Of a stretch of DNA of 64,000 nt, positions 12,284-21,014 are shown piece after piece; positions within the stretch are counted from its first letter, which is position 1, and each line of letters begins with the position of its first letter. The stretch comes from a virus. Location of the stretch: IMG/VR virus record IMGVR_UViG_3300002098_000002. One strand, written 5' to 3'. Under the pieces are notes generated by a model. It was not told where the DNA came from. It did no database searches and was given only the letters and a program-made list of their open reading frames with translations. Made by a program: the position numbers and the translations under genes.

Positions 12284-12571
12284 ATGAAGAATGTACTTGC
12301 TGGACTTGCTGTTGGCGTTGCTCTCCTTGCCGCTGCCCCTGCTATGGCTGCGGATGCCAACGGTAACCGTTCATATACCCGTAGCAACGTCGTGCTGACC
12401 AGTATGCTTACTGGTGCTGTCGTTGGCGGTGTTGCTGCTGCCGTACTGTGCCCGCCTTGTAGCGTTGGCACGGTAGCCCTTACCAGCCTTGGAGCTGTGG
12501 GCGTAGGCGTAGGCGTAGGCGCTGGCACGGGCCTAGCCCTTGCCTATGCTACCAGCCGTGGTAACCTGTAA
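12284..12571 (+). CDS. secreted glycine-zipper protein
   Basis: Signal peptide MKNVLAGLAVGVALLAAAPAMA followed by ADANG. The C-terminal half has GxxxG-type repeats and GVGVGVGAG. AAGGA lies 9 nt upstream of the ATG at 12284. The ORF is open from 12242. Confidence 0.6.
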   Translation: MKNVLAGLAVGVALLAAAPAMAADANGNRSYTRSNVVLTSMLTGAVVGGVAAAVLCPPCSVGTVALTSLGAVGVGVGVGAGTGLALAYATSRGNL

Positions 12572-12594
12572 ACCTTACTAGGGACCTGCAACTA

Positions 12595-12627
12595 AGCCCC
12601 TCGGCCTTCATTGGCCGGGGGCTTTTT
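12595..12627 (+). terminator. rho-independent terminator
   Basis: AGCCCC(T)CGGCC-TTCATT-GGCCGGGGGCT followed by TTTTT. Confidence 0.8.
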
Positions 12628-12645
12628 CATTTGTGGAGTTAAAAA

Positions 12646-12891
12646 ATGACTTTGAGAGTAACAGTTGAAATAGTGCCCTTTGGTGATGAAGATAAGTCTT
12701 ATGAAATTGGCAGGCTGGACATCTTCAACAAAGGTCACGTTGATTTTGGCCACTGCGAATACGGTGTGCTGGATCTAAGTAAGGCCACAGATGCTGGCGA
12801 ATTCATTAAAACAGTCCTGCACAGGCGCGATCTTGGGGCTTGGGAGCTTATACGTAAGGCAATCACAGAATTAAAGATTACAGGCCCCTAA
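12646..12891 (+). CDS. hypothetical protein (terminator-bracketed single gene)
   Basis: 81 aa with TGGAG 8 nt upstream of the ATG. It lies between two intrinsic terminators. Confidence 0.6.
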   Translation: MTLRVTVEIVPFGDEDKSYEIGRLDIFNKGHVDFGHCEYGVLDLSKATDAGEFIKTVLHRRDLGAWELIRKAITELKITGP

Positions 12892-12904
12892 TCAGGGGCC
12901 TTTT
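12883..12904 (+). terminator. rho-independent terminator
   Basis: GGCCCCT-AATC-AGGGGCC followed by TTTT. It overlaps the stop codon of 12646-12891. Confidence 0.8.
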
Positions 12905-12947
12905 GCGTTCTTGGGCATTACGACGTATGGTTATTTACGCTCGTAAT
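12903..12947 (+). promoter_or_regulatory. candidate sigma70-type promoter with overlapping inverted repeat, ahead of the replication module
   Basis: TTGCGT (12903-12908), a 17 nt spacer, then TATGGT (12926-12931). The inverted repeat ATTACGA (12917-12923) / TCGTAAT (12941-12947) brackets the -10 element. Confidence 0.4.
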
Positions 12948-12967
12948 CAGTAAGGCCCCCAATCCAC

Positions 12968-14374
12968 ATGCTTGGCGTATTGCAGGAAAATCTGCTCGTA
13001 TTGCTTGCGTTTGACGATGAACGCTCAAAGGTAATCCGCCACACAATCCCCCCTGAAATGTTCGGTGGTCAGTACAAGCTGATCGCAGCGCGTATCTATG
13101 ACTACATTGATAAGTACAAGAAATCGCCAAATGATCATCTGGCCGACATTCTTGAAGACAAAATCACTAGCAGCAACAAACGCGAAGCTGACCTGTACAG
13201 TGACATTATTGGCAGCATCCATGAAGCCAAGGCCAACATCAATGCTGCATATGTCATGGCTCAAATGGGTACGTTTGGGCGTAGGCAGGCCCTACGTAGC
13301 GTTGCCGTTGACCTAGCCAAAGCCCTACAGCGTGATACTGAGGCAAGCCTAGGTGAAGCTGAAGCCTTGATAAAAAAGGCGCAAAGCAGCGCCATGAACG
13401 TGTTCGACCCCGGTGTCAGGCTGGGTGACAAAAAACTGGCTTTGAACTTCCTTGACATTCAACAGTCAAGCTTCCCAACCGGGATTGCTGAACTGGATAA
13501 GCGCGGGTTTGGCCCCACCCGTAAAGAATTCTGGATGATGATTGCCAGCACCAAGAAGGGCAAAAGCTGGGCTTTGGCTCATTTGGCAAAGATGGCAGTT
13601 ATGCATCGCCATAAGGTGCTCCACATTACCCTTGAAAATTCATGGGAGCGGACTGCACAGCGTTATTATCAGGCATTTTTCTCAATCTCTAAACGTAAGG
13701 AAAAGTATAACGTCGTCAAGTTTGAGAAGGACAGCCTAGGCCGTATCAGTGGTTTGGCAGATGCTGAACTTAAACCGGCTTTGAGTTTTGACGATCCACA
13801 TATCCGTGAAAAGCTTGAAAAGCGCATAGATAAGTGGGGTCCGCGCCTCCTTAACAACATCATAGTCAAGCAGTTTCCAACAGGCTCGCTGACCGTGCCG
13901 CAGTTGGAAGCCTACATGGATAACCTTGAAACCACAGAACGATTTACACCTGATTTATTGGTAATTGATTATCCAGATCTTATGAAGCAGACCAAGGATA
14001 ACCTGCGGGGCTCCCTTGATGAAACCTACAAGGATTTACGTGGATTATTTGTAGAACGTAACATTGCTGGGGCTGCTGTCAGTCAATCCAACCGTGGAGC
14101 TGCTTCAGCCAAAAGCGTTAAGATTGAAAACGTGGCTGAAGCATGGAGCAAGATTGCACATTGCGACACGGTAATAACTTACTCTCAAACTGAAGCTGAG
14201 AAGCAAATCGGCTTGGCTCGCCTTAACGTGGCGGCAGGCCGTAATGACGCCGATAACCTGACGATGGTTATTTCGCAAAACTACGGAACAGGCAATTTCG
14301 TGATTGATTCCGTGCCCATGACGGGCAACTATTTCCAATTACTCCCTGCTACGGAATTTGAAGAAGGTGAATAA
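12968..14374 (+). CDS. dnaB: DnaB-family replicative DNA helicase
   Basis: 468 aa with a DnaB-like N-terminal domain (LQENLLVLLAFDDE). Also GIAELDKRGFGP, Walker A IASTKKGKSW, Walker B LLVIDYPDLM and SQSNRG. Confidence 0.85.
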   Translation: MLGVLQENLLVLLAFDDERSKVIRHTIPPEMFGGQYKLIAARIYDYIDKYKKSPNDHLADILEDKITSSNKREADLYSDIIGSIHEAKANINAAYVMAQMGTFGRRQALRSVAVDLAKALQRDTEASLGEAEALIKKAQSSAMNVFDPGVRLGDKKLALNFLDIQQSSFPTGIAELDKRGFGPTRKEFWMMIASTKKGKSWALAHLAKMAVMHRHKVLHITLENSWERTAQRYYQAFFSISKRKEKYNVVKFEKDSLGRISGLADAELKPALSFDDPHIREKLEKRIDKWGPRLLNNIIVKQFPTGSLTVPQLEAYMDNLETTERFTPDLLVIDYPDLMKQTKDNLRGSLDETYKDLRGLFVERNIAGAAVSQSNRGAASAKSVKIENVAEAWSKIAHCDTVITYSQTEAEKQIGLARLNVAAGRNDADNLTMVISQNYGTGNFVIDSVPMTGNYFQLLPATEFEEGE

Positions 14375-14378
14375 GCAT

Positions 14379-14690
14379 ATGGGTAGAAAAGACGACTGGG
14401 AAATTAAGCGTAGCACAACTCAGAAATTCACGGCAGATGAAAAGGCCTTAATTGAGAAAAGATTCAAAGAAGGTGTGCTGCCACAATACGTGGCTAGGGA
14501 GCTTTTAGCTTCTTCAAGGACAATCCAAACACATTTCACCAAATTACGTGAGAAAGGTGTTCAGGGCACACCGCGTTCTAATCACGGGCCAATAGTCCGT
14601 AAGCGCGATGCTGAAATACCATACAGGGTAAAACGCCCTGCCCCGCCGAAGCATACCCGCTTCTATCATTCCACATTTGAACCAAGCTGA
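14379..14690 (+). CDS. HTH DNA-binding protein
   Basis: RFKEGVLPQYVARELLASSRTIQTHFTKLREKG is HTH-like. GAAGGTG lies upstream of the ATG at 14379. Confidence 0.55.
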   Translation: MGRKDDWEIKRSTTQKFTADEKALIEKRFKEGVLPQYVARELLASSRTIQTHFTKLREKGVQGTPRSNHGPIVRKRDAEIPYRVKRPAPPKHTRFYHSTFEPS

Positions 14691-14719
14691 TCACTAACGG
14701 AACATAAAGGAGCACGACG

Positions 14720-14890
14720 ATGGCTACTGGATGCTGCGGTCATGGGAAAAGATTTCAGGATAAATGCCGCGATTGCGGTCGCGGCTACCCGCAAAACAGA
14801 AAGCCGGTGAACTGGATCGGCCTCCTTATTTTGCTTGGGCTTGCCGCTGGCGTCGTCCAAATGGTTGCCACGGGCGCACGTTGGTATTGA
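14720..14890 (+). CDS. small Cys-rich membrane protein
   Basis: 56 aa, below the ORF-track cutoff. AAAGGAG lies 8 nt upstream of the ATG. MATGCCGHGKRFQDKCRDCGRGY is followed by the TM helix WIGLLILLGLAAGVVQMVA. Confidence 0.5.
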   Translation: MATGCCGHGKRFQDKCRDCGRGYPQNRKPVNWIGLLILLGLAAGVVQMVATGARWY

Positions 14891-14919
14891 GGACATTTCT
14901 ACGGAATAAACTCTAACAA

Positions 14920-16473
14920 GTGATCAACCAAGCGTCCATAAAAGCATTCCTGAAGCGCCCCCTTCTGTCCTTCGACTGGATGAAAGGTGAGGCGCTTCAA
15001 GCGTTGGACGCCGCACTCAGCGAACTGAAGCCTATACCCAAATTAGGAAAGCTGTGGGCGCACCAGAAAGCATGTTTTCTGCTTATTGAAGCCCTTAAAC
15101 GCTTCATGATCCATGCCGGTATGGGTGCAGGAAAAACTCTTCTGTGCTTGTCCATACTACGTTATCGAAAACAACGTAGCGAAAATCCAAAAGCTATAAT
15201 CTTTGTTCCCTACATAACCTCTGTAGAAACATGGGTTGAAGAAGTAAAAAAGCACACACCCGATCTTATGTGCGTACCGCTTTTAGGTACTTCAAAGGAA
15301 AACCTAGAAACGCTGAACACAGCAAAAGGTGACCTGTTTGTCATCTGTTATCAATCAGCCGTAGCCATGTTATCTGAGCCTGTAGCAGCACCGGGCAAGC
15401 GTAAAAAGAAATGGCATATTGATCCCAAGTTTGTGCGCAAAACCTTCGCCAGTTTTGACACTTTAATTCTTGACGAAGTGCACAAATGCAAATCCATTCA
15501 ATCACTTACATATAAACTTTGCAGGTCAATTTCCGCACAGTGTGAATATGTTATTGGCCTGACAGGTACCCCATTTGGTAGAAATCTAGAAGATCTGTGG
15601 CCGCAGTTCTACCTGATTGATTTTGGCGAAACCCTAGGGGAAACCTTAGGCCTTTTCAGGGAAGCCTTTTTCATTAAAAAGGATAAATACTGGGGTGGTG
15701 TAGAATACAAATTTCAAAAGAAAATGTTTGGCACACTACAGCGCATGATCAAGAATGTATCCATACGCTACAGCGTGGATGAATTTGCTGACATGCCCCC
15801 TAAACAGTACATCATTCAAAAAATACAGCCCCACGAAGGTATTAAGGCTTATGCTGACAAAGCCTTGCAGGAAATTAAGGGCATCGTAGCCCGTAAGGAC
15901 TCTGAAAAGTACAGAGCCGTTGAATCTGAATATATGCGCCTGAGGCAGTTGTCCTCAGGGTTCATGACTTTGAAGGGGGAAGACAACAATAAGCTTCAGG
16001 TTAAGTTTGACGAAAATCCCAAGCTCGATGCGCTGCAAGCGTTGGTAGAAGAAATGCCTCACGGCTGCAAAATGGTGGTGTTCCATCACTTTGTTTACAC
16101 CAACGAATTGATTAGCGAACGCTTGAAGGAAATGAAGGTCAAGCACGCTAGGGTCTATGGCAAATCCAAGGATCCTATTGCCGAGCTAAGGCGCTTTAAA
16201 AGCGACCCTGAGTGCACCGTTCTTGTTATCAACTCCAAATCAGGCAGTTCATCTCTAAATCTACAAATTGCGAATTACGTAGTTTTTATGGAACAACCAT
16301 CCGCAATAGACAGACAGCAGGCTGAAAGCAGGTGCTGGCGTCCGGGGCAGGAAAGACGTACTTTTATCTACGACCTGTTAATGCAACAGACCGCTGATGA
16401 ACACATGCACAAATGGAACAAGGAAGGTAAAGACATGCTTGTAGCCCTCCTTGATGGAACTGAGAAATTGTAA
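14920..16473 (+). CDS. SNF2-family DEAD/DEAH-box helicase
   Basis: Motifs GMGAGKTL (I), LILDEVHKCK (II), LTGTP (III), and the C-terminal helicase domain with QAESRCWRPGQ (VI). GTG start. Confidence 0.85.
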   Translation: MINQASIKAFLKRPLLSFDWMKGEALQALDAALSELKPIPKLGKLWAHQKACFLLIEALKRFMIHAGMGAGKTLLCLSILRYRKQRSENPKAIIFVPYITSVETWVEEVKKHTPDLMCVPLLGTSKENLETLNTAKGDLFVICYQSAVAMLSEPVAAPGKRKKKWHIDPKFVRKTFASFDTLILDEVHKCKSIQSLTYKLCRSISAQCEYVIGLTGTPFGRNLEDLWPQFYLIDFGETLGETLGLFREAFFIKKDKYWGGVEYKFQKKMFGTLQRMIKNVSIRYSVDEFADMPPKQYIIQKIQPHEGIKAYADKALQEIKGIVARKDSEKYRAVESEYMRLRQLSSGFMTLKGEDNNKLQVKFDENPKLDALQALVEEMPHGCKMVVFHHFVYTNELISERLKEMKVKHARVYGKSKDPIAELRRFKSDPECTVLVINSKSGSSSLNLQIANYVVFMEQPSAIDRQQAESRCWRPGQERRTFIYDLLMQQTADEHMHKWNKEGKDMLVALLDGTEKL

Positions 16474-17108
16474 TGACAGTCAAACAGATTAAAGGTATCT
16501 GGCTTCCAGCCACTGAGAAGCACTTTGCTGAAAGTCCATTCCTTGGGGATAAGTACCCAATCTTGGATGAAGCTTTAAAATTCATCCCTAAAAGTGAAAG
16601 GCACCTTGCAATAGATGTTGGAGCACACATAGGGCTATGGTCACGCTGGCTTGTTAAGGAATTCAAAGAGGTAATAGCCTTCGAGCCTTGTGAAGATTAC
16701 TCCGCAATCCTTAAGCAGAACGTGCCTGCTTCAAATCTAAAAATTGAGAAGTACGCCCTTGGTGCCTCATATGGATCGGTATCCATCAGAACTTATCCTG
16801 AAGACACAGGGCTGGCGCATATTGACGGGTATGGCACCATCCCAATGGTACCATTGGATAGCTACAGCATAAAGAACTTGAGCCTCATAAAGATTGATGT
16901 TGAAGGGTATGAACTCCAAGTCATCCGGGGCGCAACAGCGACCCTGACTAAAAACTCTCCAATAGTTGTCATCGAGCAAAAGGGGCACGACGTAATCAAT
17001 TTTGCTGAGAAACGTGATGCTGCCAGCGAAATGTTGATGGACCTTGGCTTCCACAAACTAGGCCATATTGGCGCAGATTACATCTTTGGTAAGTACAAAT
17101 ATGACTAG
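16473..17108 (+). CDS. FkbM-family SAM-dependent methyltransferase
   Basis: AIDVGAHIGLWSRWLVKEFKEVIAFEP (SAM-binding motif I plus the acidic loop) and IKIDVEGYELQVIRGA are typical of Methyltransf_21/FkbM. Confidence 0.7.
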   Translation: MTVKQIKGIWLPATEKHFAESPFLGDKYPILDEALKFIPKSERHLAIDVGAHIGLWSRWLVKEFKEVIAFEPCEDYSAILKQNVPASNLKIEKYALGASYGSVSIRTYPEDTGLAHIDGYGTIPMVPLDSYSIKNLSLIKIDVEGYELQVIRGATATLTKNSPIVVIEQKGHDVINFAEKRDAASEMLMDLGFHKLGHIGADYIFGKYKYD

Positions 17109-17457
17109 GATCTTTGTATTTGGATCAAACCTAGCGGGGCGGCATGGGGCAGGGGCCGCGCTTGCAGCCGCGAAACACTGCGGCGCTGAATATGGAAAGG
17201 GTGTGGGGCGTACTGGTAACTCCTACGCCATCCCAACAAAAGGACACAAACTGGAAGTTTTGACGCTCCCAGTTATAAAAGAGCATGTGCAGGATTTTAT
17301 CAACTATGCCAGAAAGCACCCTGAACTGACCTTTATATTAACGCCTATTGGATGTGGATATGCTGGGTACAAGCCCAAGCAAATTGCACCAATGTTCAAA
17401 GATGCACCATCTAACGTAAAGAAACCTGAAGCCTTCCTTGCAGTGAAACAGGAGTAA
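17101..17457 (+). CDS. conserved phage protein with GSNxxGxHGxGAA motif (possible SLOG/LOG-DprA-like fold)
   Basis: IFVFGSNLAGRHGAGAALAAAKHCGAEYGKGVGRTGNSYAIPTK. I recognise the motif as a recurrent phage/bacterial family but cannot name it. The ATG at 17101 overlaps the upstream stop. Confidence 0.5.
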   Translation: MTRIFVFGSNLAGRHGAGAALAAAKHCGAEYGKGVGRTGNSYAIPTKGHKLEVLTLPVIKEHVQDFINYARKHPELTFILTPIGCGYAGYKPKQIAPMFKDAPSNVKKPEAFLAVKQE

Positions 17458-17460
17458 AGC

Positions 17461-17649
17461 ATGAGCATTGAAATGGACGTACTGAAATACATGAAGGGTG
17501 AACGCCAGTGGACTCGTAACTGCCGTTACATTCACGCTAAAGCAAAGCTGAAAAAGGCTCAGGCAGCCAAAGACGCCTATCAGATAGACTTTTGGTCTCG
17601 CGTAGTGGAGGCCAATACACTCAGGGATCAGGCAATATGGAATCACTGA
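17461..17649 (+). CDS. hypothetical protein
   Basis: 62 aa, tightly packed in the operon, basic. Confidence 0.5.
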   Translation: MSIEMDVLKYMKGERQWTRNCRYIHAKAKLKKAQAAKDAYQIDFWSRVVEANTLRDQAIWNH

Positions 17650-17813
17650 ACGAAGTCCAAGTAGATCTGGATAGCGTTACGGTTGCCGATCAACCCATCA
17701 AACGGCCTGATCGGATCTCACGATCCGATTGGGTTAGGTTCTGGGAAGATGTTAAGTACAAGGCTGAATCTGTTACCTGTACGGAATGTGGCAATACAGA
17801 ATGGATTGGGTAG
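17637..17813 (+). CDS. hypothetical protein
   Basis: The internal ATG at 17637 overlaps the upstream stop region. 58 aa ending CTECGNTEW. Confidence 0.45.
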   Translation: MESLNEVQVDLDSVTVADQPIKRPDRISRSDWVRFWEDVKYKAESVTCTECGNTEWIG

Positions 17814-18757
17814 CCCTACTTGAAGATAACAGCATTCCTTACGTCACACGCGGGCCTAACACCAAACGTGGGGAAGTATCAGTCCATTGCCCTTTCTGCG
17901 GAGATGAAGACCCATCCGAACACATGGGTGTCGCTCTTGAACGGGAAGTATGGGGTTGTCACCGCAACGGTGCCCATCGCGGCAAGTCCCCTTTTAAACT
18001 GGTCCAAGCCCTATTGGGCTGTTCCTTCAGCCAAGCAAAACTGGTCGTTGCCCAATATTCACAAGCTGACCCAGAAACATTAGACCAAGCCCTTATAAGC
18101 CTTAACGCGGCCCCTGAAAGCCCTAGCAAGCCCCCTGAGCGGCTTACATGGCCCCCTGAGTTTAGGCCCATTGCTGACACGGGACTAAGGACCCGCTTTT
18201 ACAACTATCTACTGAAGCGTGGTTTTGACGATCCACTAGCTGTGGCCGAAGCCTATGACTTGAAATGCTGCCTGACAGGGCGCTGGAAAGACCGGCTTAT
18301 CATCCCTGTTTATCAGGGAGACGAACTTGTTGCTTGGACAGGGCGTGCTCTGACAAATCCTGTCAATGCCCCGCGCTACCTGTCCACTTCTGATGCCATT
18401 AAACGGTCCATTTTCAACGAAGACGAACTCGGCGCTGGTGGCAACACGCTGTTCATTACTGAAGGCCCGTTGGACGCCATTAAAGTTGATTTCTATGCAC
18501 AGGAATATGATGCTAGGGCTACCTGCGTTTTCGGTACTTCCATCACCATAGACCAGATATCAATCCTGCGGCAGGTGATGAAGAACTTTAAAAATACAGT
18601 GCTTTTATTGGACCCTGAGGCTGTGGAATCAGCCTTTGAAACGATTGAATGGTTGCCCGGCACAGTTATGGGGGCTGTACCCCTTGGGGTCGAAGATCCC
18701 GGTGCTATGAGTAAAGAACAAGTCATTGAATATGCAAAGCATTATACGTCTCAATAA
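17786..18757 (+). CDS. dnaG: DNA primase (zinc finger plus TOPRIM)
   Basis: CPFCGDEDPSEHMG...WGCHRNGAHRG is a zinc-binding domain. The TOPRIM-like acidic motifs are LFITEGPLDAIKV and VLLLDPE. Confidence 0.8.
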   Translation: MWQYRMDWVALLEDNSIPYVTRGPNTKRGEVSVHCPFCGDEDPSEHMGVALEREVWGCHRNGAHRGKSPFKLVQALLGCSFSQAKLVVAQYSQADPETLDQALISLNAAPESPSKPPERLTWPPEFRPIADTGLRTRFYNYLLKRGFDDPLAVAEAYDLKCCLTGRWKDRLIIPVYQGDELVAWTGRALTNPVNAPRYLSTSDAIKRSIFNEDELGAGGNTLFITEGPLDAIKVDFYAQEYDARATCVFGTSITIDQISILRQVMKNFKNTVLLLDPEAVESAFETIEWLPGTVMGAVPLGVEDPGAMSKEQVIEYAKHYTSQ

Positions 18758-18829
18758 AATCCTTTGCATCGGCCGGTGAATTTTACCACGCTGGCAAATC
18801 AACTGACTTAGCATCCATGGGGTAGGGTA

Positions 18830-19378
18830 ATGGCACGCCAGCGTGAGCGTATTGTGTGGTCCCCTGTTTGGACAGACGAGTACACCAAGTGGTCAAGAAG
18901 TTTCGTCAAAAGTAATCGCTGGCGTTGCGACCCGATGTATGACACAGACGACCTCGTCCAAGAGGCGTATTTCGTGTTTGATTATGTAGCAGCTACCTAT
19001 CCCCGCATCATAGACCCCGGTCATTTCATGGCGCTCTTTAAGCGTGCCATGATCAACAAGATGCATGACAGAAGTTGCCGCTATAACCGCAGAAAAGGCA
19101 CTGTAGAAGCGCCCATTTCCGTGGATATCTACGAAACTTTCTCAGGACGTATAGGGGAAGTGACAAACAGTGGCTATGTAGCCGCACTGTATGCTGAAGC
19201 ACCTGAGGAACTGAAACTTGTTATGAATATCTTGGCTGAAGGAAGCTTTGATCCTCCTACCAAGAAAAACCGTGAAACCCCCGTAAGCCAAACCATCACG
19301 ACACGTTTATGCCGTGCGTTGGGTGTGCCTGATGGGACTGACCCAATTGCCGAAATCAGGCAGTTACTTGCTACGTAA
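18830..19378 (+). CDS. ECF-like RNA polymerase sigma factor (putative)
   Basis: DTDDLVQEAYFVFDYVAATYP...FMALFKRAMINKMHDRSCRY matches the sigma-70 region 2 pattern (DLVQE...F...N...D..R). The C-terminal TITTRLCRALGV is weakly region-4-like. Confidence 0.55.
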   Translation: MARQRERIVWSPVWTDEYTKWSRSFVKSNRWRCDPMYDTDDLVQEAYFVFDYVAATYPRIIDPGHFMALFKRAMINKMHDRSCRYNRRKGTVEAPISVDIYETFSGRIGEVTNSGYVAALYAEAPEELKLVMNILAEGSFDPPTKKNRETPVSQTITTRLCRALGVPDGTDPIAEIRQLLAT

Positions 19379-19392
19379 AAGGAACGTAACGT

Positions 19393-20088
19393 ATGTCTAT
19401 TGAAACCGAACTGCTTAAAATCACTGGCTTTGAACCTAAGCGTAAGTACCCTGACCGCCAAGATTATCTAGCGGCACTGGCACGCGCTGCCAATCAACTT
19501 GAAGATGAAGATTTCGACAAGTTGTCTGAGAGTGCCATCGATTGGTTTAACGCTGCTGCCAAGGCCATTGGCAACAAGCGTGACATTGAAGAATTTGAAG
19601 CATTCCCTGTGACAGACATCCCCGGTAACGTACCTCAGGATGCTGAGGAAGAGGACCCGCTCGAAGCTGAGGTAGCTGAAGCGGACGCTGAAGAAGAGCC
19701 TGAAAAGCCCGTCAAACTCAAGAAAGACGGTACGCCACGTCAAGCAAATCGTGGCCCGGCACTAGGGAAGCGTTTCAACAAAAAGCTGCCGCCTGCTGCC
19801 ATAAAGTTGAAGCTTCCTGAAACGGATGACAACATTGTAGATGTCGAACTGGACAAGTTCGCGTGCATCCCCGGTACCAAGAATGCCAAGGCTGCTGCTT
19901 TGTTTGAGCAGGGTGCCCGCATGGCCGACGTCACCAAGACCATTGGTGGAACGTATTACAACCTTTTGGCCCGCCTGACTAAGCAAGGCCATAAGGTAGA
20001 GAAGGGCCTGCATGGTGTTATGCTTCTCACCCACAACTCAAAGGTAGTTGTGCCGCCAAAGAGCAAGTACACGAAGCCGAAAGAGTAA
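19393..20088 (+). CDS. hypothetical acidic protein
   Basis: 231 aa with an acidic central low-complexity stretch (EEEDPLEAEVAEADAEEEPEKP). No family recognised. Confidence 0.6.
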   Translation: MSIETELLKITGFEPKRKYPDRQDYLAALARAANQLEDEDFDKLSESAIDWFNAAAKAIGNKRDIEEFEAFPVTDIPGNVPQDAEEEDPLEAEVAEADAEEEPEKPVKLKKDGTPRQANRGPALGKRFNKKLPPAAIKLKLPETDDNIVDVELDKFACIPGTKNAKAAALFEQGARMADVTKTIGGTYYNLLARLTKQGHKVEKGLHGVMLLTHNSKVVVPPKSKYTKPKE

Positions 20089-20090
20089 AA

Positions 20091-21014
20091 GTGCTTTACC
20101 GGAAAGACGATAAAGCTTCAGGCAAAACTCTATTCCATTCCAAACCCCTCCTGATAAAGGCAAAGGACGCCTATGTCAGGCCGGGGCCGGGAAAGGATTG
20201 GTTTGCCACCACTACTACTGTGTGGCGTGTGGACGAACTTATCAGACGGCGTGTCCGCGACTGGCGCAGGCTTACTAACGAAACGGGGCACTCTGGCGCT
20301 AGAAATGAAACATTCCGAAAAGACCACGACTCCGCCTACACAGCCACGCATAGTGTATTTCCAGCTCCGTTGGTCGAATGGATTATCGTTAGATATGGAG
20401 GCCCTGTTGGCGGACGGATCTTGGATGCATTTGCAGGTGGACCCCCGCGAGGACTTGTTTCAGGAATTATGGGAATGGAATATGTCGGCTTTGAAATCCG
20501 ACAAAGCCAAATTGACGAAAACCAAGAAGTAATAAAAAGCCTTGGTTTAAAAAACGTCCATTATCATTTGGCGGATGGCCGGTTCCTTGAACCTGAGATT
20601 GGTCAGTTCGATATGGCCATGACGTGCCCCCCTTACTACGACCTTGAAGTCTACAGCGATCAGCCTGACGATATCAGTAGCTTTAAAAGCTACTCTGAAT
20701 TTAATGCATCTATGTGGATGTGTGCCCATGCTCACCGCCCAAAGATGAAACCCGGCTCTTTCGTATGTATTGTGGTTGGCCCCTTTCGAGACAAAAAGAC
20801 TGGTGAACTGATTGATTTTCCAGCACATACCGTGGAAAATTTCCAAGATGCTGGGTTCATTTACCATCAACAGATTGTCCTAAGTAAGAACTTTGGCAGC
20901 GCCACAATAAGATCGACCAACTCATGGAAGGGGAAAAAACTAATCCCTCAACATGAATTCCTTTTAGTATTCAGGACACCCGATGAACCGTATATCGTTG
21001 ATCAAGACTCTTGA
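20091..21014 (+). CDS. DNA methyltransferase (N6A/N4C type)
   Basis: SAM motif I ILDAFAGGPPRG is followed by the catalytic motif IV MTCPPYYDL. GTG start. Confidence 0.75.
   Translation: MLYRKDDKASGKTLFHSKPLLIKAKDAYVRPGPGKDWFATTTTVWRVDELIRRRVRDWRRLTNETGHSGARNETFRKDHDSAYTATHSVFPAPLVEWIIVRYGGPVGGRILDAFAGGPPRGLVSGIMGMEYVGFEIRQSQIDENQEVIKSLGLKNVHYHLADGRFLEPEIGQFDMAMTCPPYYDLEVYSDQPDDISSFKSYSEFNASMWMCAHAHRPKMKPGSFVCIVVGPFRDKKTGELIDFPAHTVENFQDAGFIYHQQIVLSKNFGSATIRSTNSWKGKKLIPQHEFLLVFRTPDEPYIVDQDS

Noticed and set aside
18783-18829. Sigma-54-like TGGCAA-N5-CTGA and a weak sigma70 match upstream of the sigma-factor gene.
   Set aside because: The matches are too degenerate (GC-to-TG spacing and the -12 element are not conserved) to report as a promoter.
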